Assembly (NCBI GenBank): GCA_963813335.1
Contig: CAWEYL010000001.1
Coordinates: 896,001 to 960,000 of the forward strand
DNA length: 64,000 bases
DNA from: an uncultured Chloroflexia bacterium
GTDB lineage: Bacteria; Chloroflexota; Limnocylindria; Limnocylindrales; CSP1-4
Direction of reading: 5' to 3'
Shown piece by piece: positions 57,354 to 64,000 of the stretch (its first letter is position 1; each line of letters opens with the position of its first letter). The notes beneath the pieces are model-generated. The model was not told where the DNA came from and did not search any database. It saw only the letters and a list, made by a program, of their open reading frames with translations. A program made the translations under genes and the position numbers.

Positions 57354-59648
57354 TCAGCCGAGGTCGCGCTGGACGCTGATGACGTCCTTGAGGGTCTCGA
57401 TGCGGCTCATGAGGCGGGCCAGCTGGCTGACCGAGTGGACCTGCAGCGTCGCGGTGACGACCGCGGTGTGGTCCGGGGTAACGGCGACCTGGGCGGCGAC
57501 GATGTTGACCTTGTTCTCGGCCACCACCTGGGTGATATCCGAGAGCAGCCCTGTCCGGTCGTACGCCTCGACCCGGATCGCGATCGGGTAGCTCTGGGTG
57601 GGCTCGGCCTCCCACTCGGCCTCGATGAGCCGGCTGACCTCGCGCTCGTTGACCACGGTCGGGCAGGTCTGGAGGTGGACCGTGACGCCCTTGCCGCGGG
57701 TGATGAACCCGACGATCGGGTCGCCCGGGATCGGGTGGCAGCACTTGGCGAACCGGACGAGGAGGTCGCCGACGCCCTTGACCCGGACGCCGCCGGTGCG
57801 GACCAGCTGCTGCGGCGGCGCGATCGTCGGGAGGGACGTCTGCCCGTCGTCGACGACGCCGAGGCGCATGACCACCGACTGCGCGCCGACGGCGCCGTAG
57901 CCGATGGCCGCGTAGAAGTCATCGAGCGTCTCGTAGTTGTAGGCCTTGGCGACCTCGACGACGCGGTCGACGCCGACCGTGGCGATGGAGGTCCGGGCCA
58001 GCCGGCGCAGCTCGCGCTCGAGCGACTCGCGGCCGTGGACGATGTTCTCGTCGCGGTCCTTGCGCTTGAACCATTGGCGGATCTTCTCCCGCGCGTGGCT
58101 GGTCCGGACGACGTTCATCCAGTCGCGCGACGGCCCGTGCTCGCCCTTGGTCGTGACGATCTCGACGATGTCGCCGTTCTTGAGGCGATAGTCGAGCGGG
58201 ACCAGCCGGTTGTTGACCTTGGCGCCGATCGTGCGGTGGCCGACGTCGGTGTGGATGCGGTAGGCGAAGTCGAGCGGGGTCGCGCCGGCCGGCAGGTCCT
58301 TGATGTCGCCCTTCGGGGTGAACACGAAGACCTGGTCCTGGAAGATGTCGAGCTTGATGCCCTCGACGAACTCGGTGGCGTCGCTGACGTCGCGCTGCCA
58401 GTCCATCAGCTGGCGCAGCCAGGCGAGCTTGGCGTCGTACTCGCGGTCGGACTTGGTCCCCTCCTTGTAGCGCCAGTGGGCGGCGATGCCGACCTCGGAG
58501 ACCTGGTGCATCTGGTGCGTCCGGATCTGGATCTCGAGCGGCTTGCCGTCGAGCGCGATCACCGCGGTGTGCAGCGACTGGTAGAGGTTGTTCTTCGGGA
58601 CCGCGATGTAGTCGTCGAACTGGCCGGGGATGGGCCGCCAGATGGAGTGGACGATGCCGAGCGCCGCGTAGCAGTCGCGGACCTCGTCCACGAGCACGCG
58701 GATGGCGTACACGTCGTAGATCTCGCCGAACTCCGCGCTCTTGCGCTGCATCTTCTTCCAGATGCTGTAGATGTGCTTCGGGCGGCCCTCGATGTCGGCC
58801 TGGATGCCCGCCGCCTCGAGCTTCGGACGAAGGTCGGCGATGGCGCGCTCGATGTAGCTCTCGCGGCCCTTGCGCCGCGTGTCGAGGAGCTTGGCGAGCT
58901 CGCGGAAGGTCTCGGGCTCGAGCACCTTGAAGGCGAGGTCCTCGAGCTCCCACTTCATCTGCCAGATCCCGAGCCGCTCGGCCAGCGGCGCGTAGATCTC
59001 CATCGTCTGGCGGGCGATGCGCTGCTGCTTCTCCGACGGGAGGCCGTACAGGGTGCGCATGTTGTGCAGCCGGTCGGCCAGCTTGATGAGGACGACCCGG
59101 ATGTCCTCGGCCATCGCCAGCAGCATCTTGCGGATGTTCTCGGCCTGCTGCTGCTCGTGGCTATGGGTGCTGAACTTGGAGAGCTTGGTGACCCCGTCGA
59201 CGAGCTGGGCCACCTCGGGTCCGAAGCGTTCCTCGACGTCGGTGAGGCTGTACTCGGTGTCCTCGGGGACGTCGTGGAGGAGTGCCGCCTCGATGGCGAT
59301 CGGGTCGACGCCCAGGTCGGCGAGGATCTGCGCCGAGGCGATGGGGTGGGTGACGTACGGCTCGCCGGTGGCACGGCGCTGGCCCTTGTGGGCGTCGACG
59401 GCGACGTCGAAGGCCCGATCGACCGGCTCGAGGCTGGCATCCGGGTAGTGGCGGGCGATCTCGGTCTTCAGCGCCGTGCGCAGCGCCTCGAGGTCCGGCT
59501 CCCCGCCCGACGGCCCGCGGGCGATGGCCGGGGCGCGGCGCGGACCTCTCCGAGAGGCGGCGTCGACGGGAGCGGACGCGGCCTTGCCCGGGCCGGGAGC
59601 CGCCTTGGGCCCGGCGGGGGTCTTCGTGCGGGCGGAGCTGGTCGCCAT
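57354..59648 (-). CDS. rel: Bifunctional (p)ppGpp synthetase/hydrolase (long RSH)
   Basis: GEPYVTHP, LLHD, KLADRLHN, GRPKH, YQSLHT, plus TGS, CC and ACT domains. Confidence 0.96.
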   Translation of the reverse strand: MATSSARTKTPAGPKAAPGPGKAASAPVDAASRRGPRRAPAIARGPSGGEPDLEALRTALKTEIARHYPDASLEPVDRAFDVAVDAHKGQRRATGEPYVTHPIASAQILADLGVDPIAIEAALLHDVPEDTEYSLTDVEERFGPEVAQLVDGVTKLSKFSTHSHEQQQAENIRKMLLAMAEDIRVVLIKLADRLHNMRTLYGLPSEKQQRIARQTMEIYAPLAERLGIWQMKWELEDLAFKVLEPETFRELAKLLDTRRKGRESYIERAIADLRPKLEAAGIQADIEGRPKHIYSIWKKMQRKSAEFGEIYDVYAIRVLVDEVRDCYAALGIVHSIWRPIPGQFDDYIAVPKNNLYQSLHTAVIALDGKPLEIQIRTHQMHQVSEVGIAAHWRYKEGTKSDREYDAKLAWLRQLMDWQRDVSDATEFVEGIKLDIFQDQVFVFTPKGDIKDLPAGATPLDFAYRIHTDVGHRTIGAKVNNRLVPLDYRLKNGDIVEIVTTKGEHGPSRDWMNVVRTSHAREKIRQWFKRKDRDENIVHGRESLERELRRLARTSIATVGVDRVVEVAKAYNYETLDDFYAAIGYGAVGAQSVVMRLGVVDDGQTSLPTIAPPQQLVRTGGVRVKGVGDLLVRFAKCCHPIPGDPIVGFITRGKGVTVHLQTCPTVVNEREVSRLIEAEWEAEPTQSYPIAIRVEAYDRTGLLSDITQVVAENKVNIVAAQVAVTPDHTAVVTATLQVHSVSQLARLMSRIETLKDVISVQRDLG

Positions 59649-59670
59649 GGGCCGCAAGGATAGCAGCGGG

Positions 59671-61306
59671 TCAGCCGGTATCCCATGTGACGAAGGGCTG
59701 CCTCCGCCTCGGCTCGTTCGTCCCAGGCCACGGGTCCGGAAGCGCCGATGATCGAGCGCTCGTGGCCCTTGCCCGCGAGCAGGACGACGTCGCCCGGGCG
59801 GGCCCGCTCGAACGCCGCCTCGATGGCGGCGCGACGGTCGGCGATCAGGAGCAGGTCGTGGCCGCGGCGCATGCCGCCGTGCTCGGCGCCCCGGGCGATC
59901 TCGTCGATGATGGCGTCGCGGTCCTCGCCGCGCGGATCCTCGTCGGTCACCACCACGAGCCGCGCCCGCTCGGCCGCGATCCGGCCCATCAGCGGCCGCT
60001 TGGCGGTGTCGCGCTCGCCCGCCGAGCCGAAGACCGCGATGACCCCGCCGCCCTGGGCCGCCGCGACCGGCGCGAGGAGGTCGAGCACGGTCTGGAGCGA
60101 GGCCGGGCTGTGGGCGTAGTCCACGATGACCCCGAACGGCTGCCCGAGCTCGAGGCGCTCCATCCGGCCCGGCACGCCCGCCAGCGCGGCGAGGCCCCCG
60201 CGGACCGCTTCCGCGTCGAGCCCGACCGCCTCGCCGAGGGCGACGACGGCGAGCGCGTTCGCCGCGTTGAAGCGGCCGGCAAGCTGGAGCTCGAGCGTCG
60301 CGCCACCGGACGGCGAGTCGTAGGCCACGCGCAGGCCGCGCGCGTCCTCCTCGATCCGTGTGGCGCGGACGTCTGCCGAGGCGTCCGTGCCGTACGTGAC
60401 GATCCGTGCGCCGGCCTCCTGGGCGACCCCGATGAACCGCCCGGCGAGCGCGTCGTCGGCGTTGACGATCGCGGTCTTCGGCCAGCCGACGCCCTCGGGC
60501 TTGGGGCCGCCTGCCGGCTCGCGGCCGAGTCGCTCGAAGAGCGACAGCTTGGCGTCGACATACGCCTCCCATGACCCGTGGAACTCGAGGTGCTCGTGGC
60601 TGACGTTGGTCAGGATCGCGATGTCGTAGCCCACGCCGCCGACGCGGTCGAGCGCCAGCCCATGCGAGGTCGTCTCGAGGACCGCGGCGCGGTCGCCAGC
60701 GGCGACCATCGCGCGGAGGCCGGCCTGCAGCCGGGCGGCGCCGGGCGTCGTCGCGTGCTCCTCGTTGGGCTCCTGCCGGCCGCCGATCCTGGTCGCGGCC
60801 GTGCCGATCATCCCGGTCCGCACCCCGGCCGCCTCGAGCGCGGCCGTCGCGAGGAAGGACGTCGTGGTCTTGCCGTCCGTCCCGGTGATCCCGACCACGG
60901 CCAGCTCGCGGCTCGGGTCGCCGTACCACCACGAGGCCGCGACCGCGACCGCGGGCTGACTCCGGTCCACGATGAGCTGCGGCAGCGCGACCTCGGGGAG
61001 CGGCCGCTCCACGATCGCCGCGGCCGCGCCCGCCGCCGCGGCCCGGGCGACGAACTCGTGGCCGTCCGCGTGGTCGCCGGCGATCGCGACGAACAGGCTC
61101 CCGCGGCCGACCGCCCGGGAATCGTCGGTGACGCCGCGGATTTCGAGGGACGCGAGGCCGCGAGGACCGATCGCCCGGCCGTCGAGGCGGGCGCCGCGCA
61201 GCCGGCCCTCGGCCGTGAGCCGGTCGATGAGACCGCTGAGGCGCGCCGGCTCGGTGGGCTCGGCACCGGCGATGCGCTGCACGATCGTGCGCTCGTCGGC
61301 GGTCAT
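59671..61306 (-). CDS. murE: MurE ligase (probable 1-nt indel just before stop)
   Basis: DSR, GITGTDGKTTT, TTP, ETTSHGL, VPGRME, DYAH, TDEDPRGE, AGKGHE. Confidence 0.93.
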
Positions 61307-62409
61307 CGACGGACCGACGTCGTGAGGCGGCCGGTGAGCCGTCCGGCCGAGTAGCGCCACGAGCGCATCACCAGCTCGTGGGCGCCGGTCATCTCGACCC
61401 AGCGTGCCCCGAACGAGCGCTTGTGCTCGTAGAGGCCCGCCATCGGGTCGCCCGCGACCGGCTCGCGGTGATCCGGACCGGTGTCCACGCCGCCCAGGTC
61501 CATCTCGTCGCGGCCCTCGCGGATCGCGAGCTGGATCGCCCGCCAGCGGAGCAGGTGCATGACCCCCGGGTGGGCGTCGCGGACGCCCGGGCCGTCGGCG
61601 GAGTGGACGGTGGTCAGGCGGCGGCCGTGCCGGTACAGGACCAGCCCCGCGACCGCGGCGCCCCCGGCGTTCGCCTCGAGCAGGACGAGGTGGCCGCGGT
61701 CGTGGGCCATCCGCCACCAGGGCACGAACGCCGACCTCGGGCCGAACCGGAAGTGGCGACGGTCGCCGGTGGCCTCGAGCAGCGTGTAAAACGCGTCGAG
61801 CGCCTCGGGCAGCGTCCGAGCGGGCCGGTCGAAGCCGAGGTCATCCGCCGGCGCGCCGGCCGTGTCGTACCGGGCGATGCGCAGGGCGGAGCCCTCGGCC
61901 GCCGCGATCCGCTGCCGGGTGGACTTGCTGAACCCCGCGCGGACCGTGTCGTCGTCCGTGCCGGGGACCAGCGGCAGCGAGAGCCGGTGGCGCGACGGCT
62001 GGATCTCCGGGATCGGGTGGAATCCCGCGGCCCGTAGCGCCGGACCGTAGCTGGTGGCGGCCGGGATCTCGGCGTCGCTGGCGATGACGTCCACGCCGCG
62101 GTCGCCGAGCCAGCTCGCCACAGCCACGAGCCGCGCGGCCGCGGGCTCGCCGTCGTCGCCGGGATCGCCCGAGGTGACCGGGCCGCGCGGGACGTACGCC
62201 CCCGCCCCGCCGACCAGCGCCCACGGCCGGCTCAGGACCAGCGCAGGGTGCGTCCCGTCGGCGATGAGGTAGCGCGCCCGCCAGCCGGTGGCCGCGCGGT
62301 GCTCGGCCCAGGCCCGCGACTGGTAGACGTGGCCGGCGGCGCTCTCGACCGTCCGGCGGTCCCAGTCCACCAGTTCCGCGTCGGTCGCGTCGCGGACCTC
62401 GATGGTCAC
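61303..62409 (-). CDS. FemABX-family peptidyltransferase (copy 2)
   Basis: YQSRAW, YVPRGP, IQP, FSKSTRQRI, LLRWRAI, DLGG, GLYEHKRSFG. Confidence 0.85.
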   Translation of the reverse strand: MTIEVRDATDAELVDWDRRTVESAAGHVYQSRAWAEHRAATGWRARYLIADGTHPALVLSRPWALVGGAGAYVPRGPVTSGDPGDDGEPAAARLVAVASWLGDRGVDVIASDAEIPAATSYGPALRAAGFHPIPEIQPSRHRLSLPLVPGTDDDTVRAGFSKSTRQRIAAAEGSALRIARYDTAGAPADDLGFDRPARTLPEALDAFYTLLEATGDRRHFRFGPRSAFVPWWRMAHDRGHLVLLEANAGGAAVAGLVLYRHGRRLTTVHSADGPGVRDAHPGVMHLLRWRAIQLAIREGRDEMDLGGVDTGPDHREPVAGDPMAGLYEHKRSFGARWVEMTGAHELVMRSWRYSAGRLTGRLTTSVRR

Positions 62410-63473
62410 TGGTCGGCCCCGAATCCCGCCGCGGAGGCATTCCCGGCGATCCCGGCGCGCCGCCGCGCGATCCACGTGCGGCTCCGGCCAGCCGTCTCGT
62501 ACGCCTGGCGGCCGAGCGGGTCCAGCACGAGGTCCCACGCCCCGATGTAGCGGACCTCGCGGCCGCCGAACCCGGTCTTGAAGTGGGCGATACCGCCGGT
62601 CGCGAGGCCCCACAGGTCGTAGCTGGTCGCGCCCTGCTCGCGGGACGAGCGGATCGCCTCCCATTTGAGGAGGTAGTTCGCCCGCGACTCGCCGCCGGCC
62701 ACGGTCATGCCGCCGTACGGCTCCACGACCCGCGGGCCGCAGCGGACCAGGAAGAGCGTGGCCTGCGGCTCGCCCTCGGCGGTCTGGGCGAAGAGCAGCC
62801 GTGCCCGGCCGGCCGGCCGGTACGCCGTCCAGATGTCGCGGTAGGCGCTCTCGCTCCGGATCAGGAAGCCGGCCCGGTCGGCGGTCTCGCGGTAGATCCG
62901 GTAGAACTCGCCCAGGCGGTCGCCCTCGGCGTCGACGACCACGATCCCGGCGCCACGGGCCTTGTTGACGTACTGGCGCCACTTCTTGCGCAGGTCGCCG
63001 AGCAGGGTCGCCTCGTCGGCGTGGAGGTCGATGATCCGGGTCGACGCCGGCTGGATCGGCGCCGCCGGCCGCCAGCCGGCGGCCCGGAGCGCGGCCTGGG
63101 TCGCGCCGTCCGGGTCGAGCGGTCCCTCCGCCTCGATCTCCGGGTCGATGCGCAGGTGGCTCACCCGGGCGCCGGGGATCCCGCGCAGCGACGTCCGGGC
63201 AGCCTCCGTGAATGCCCCGAGTGCATCCGCCGACCAGTCGGTCGCCACGGGGCCGCGCGGCGCATAGGCGAACGACCATGGCATCGGCCGCGGCTTGCGG
63301 AGCAGCACCTGGGCGCCGACGCGTCCGTGGCCCCCGTCGGCCGCCACGCGGTGCGCTGTCCAGCCGTTGACGGCCTTCACGGTCGCCCAGGCCGCGAGCT
63401 GGAGGTACGAGCCCGGGTCACTCGACGCGACGAACGCGTCCCATGCCTCGTCCTCGGCGGCGCTCCCCGTCAC
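62406..63473 (-). CDS. FemABX-family peptidyltransferase (copy 1)
   Basis: LQ...W, YAPRGP, IQPASTRIIDL, KKWRQYV, NYLLKWEAI, YDLWG, FKTGFGG. Confidence 0.9.
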   Translation of the reverse strand: MTGSAAEDEAWDAFVASSDPGSYLQLAAWATVKAVNGWTAHRVAADGGHGRVGAQVLLRKPRPMPWSFAYAPRGPVATDWSADALGAFTEAARTSLRGIPGARVSHLRIDPEIEAEGPLDPDGATQAALRAAGWRPAAPIQPASTRIIDLHADEATLLGDLRKKWRQYVNKARGAGIVVVDAEGDRLGEFYRIYRETADRAGFLIRSESAYRDIWTAYRPAGRARLLFAQTAEGEPQATLFLVRCGPRVVEPYGGMTVAGGESRANYLLKWEAIRSSREQGATSYDLWGLATGGIAHFKTGFGGREVRYIGAWDLVLDPLGRQAYETAGRSRTWIARRRAGIAGNASAAGFGADQ

Positions 63474-64000
63474 GACCGTCGCGGGCGTCGCAGGACGTCG
63501 ACCATGACCCCGACGATAGACGGCAGTTCGGGGATCCGCAACACGAGCGAGACCCCAGCGTAGACCGCGGCGAAGACGACGCTCACGACGGCGATCTGGA
63601 CGATGAGCGCGATCCGGCCCGGCGACACCCCGAGCAGGTTCTGCATGACGGTCAGCGCCCCGATCCCGAAGGCGCTCGAGACGGCGGTCGCGGCCAGCGA
63701 CTCGATCCCGATGCCCGCCAGGCCGATGGCGCGGAAGTGTGGCAGCCGGCGGTCGAGGATCACGAGCAGCACGAGCGCCTCCAGCCAGGCGGCGATGGCG
63801 ATCGCCAGTGCGATGCCCGGCAGGCCGTACGGCCCGACGAGGACGATCGCCAGCGAGGTGTTGACGATGACCGCCCCGATCGCGGCGAGGACCGGCGTCA
63901 GCGTGTCCTGGCGGGCGTAGAAGGCGCGGGCGAGCACGGCGATCAGCGCGTGGGCGGCCAGGCCGACCAGGAAGCACAGCAATGTGTCCGCGGTCAGGGT
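63470..64000 (-). CDS. murJ: Lipid II flippase MurJ, C-terminal part (runs off window)
   Basis: LARAFYARQDTLTP and GIALA motifs, multiple TMs, PG operon context. Confidence 0.85.
   Translation of the reverse strand, partial: TLTADTLLCFLVGLAAHALIAVLARAFYARQDTLTPVLAAIGAVIVNTSLAIVLVGPYGLPGIALAIAIAAWLEALVLLVILDRRLPHFRAIGLAGIGIESLAATAVSSAFGIGALTVMQNLLGVSPGRIALIVQIAVVSVVFAAVYAGVSLVLRIPELPSIVGVMVDVLRRPRRS

Noticed and set aside
41012-59663. Very long antisense ORFs (e.g. 41012-43939, 52467-54893, 55539-59663)
   Set aside because: Shadow frames of high-GC genes; no recognisable motifs
57354-61717. 1192-aa Rel with a long N-terminal extension, and MurE overlapping rel
   Set aside because: The extension is an off-frame read of murE; rel has its own -10 box and ATG at 59648, and murE probably stops at 59671

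Overview
A very GC-rich bacterial chromosome segment, probably Chloroflexota (Limnocylindria/Ellin6529-like; inferred from gene content, not verified). It is mostly minus-strand housekeeping operons: murJ-fem-fem-murE-rel-hisS, aspS, typA, iscS-mnmA-pepE-alaS-ftsA-like-baseplateJ-like-ruvX-mltG-pepP, efp-xseA-xseB-dxs-tlyA-nadK-recN-xerD-scpA-scpB-rluB-cmk-plsC-ispH-der-gpsA, then tRNA-Pro(GGG). A ~5.6 kb island sits at the 3' end of tRNA-Pro, bounded by a 50-bp direct repeat (4676-4725 / 10233-10282). It has arm-like repeats but no recognisable integrase. It carries a PIN (VapC-like) nuclease coupled to an unusually large unknown partner, a HIRAN-helical-Zn-finger protein, an orphan HicB-like gene and small membrane/Zn-ribbon genes. 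The best candidates for undescribed systems are (i) a non-dcw FtsA-like actin ATPase coupled to a STAS-like/TM/baseplate-J-like protein in the alaS-ruvX-mltG operon, (ii) the island's large-partner + PIN module, and (iii) an XRE-HTH/PD-(D/E)XK-like gene inserted between dxs and tlyA. Many single-base indels, even in essential genes and mainly in the first ~21 kb, indicate assembly error, so frameshifts are not treated as pseudogenisation. All family calls come from motif recognition by eye; no searches were run.
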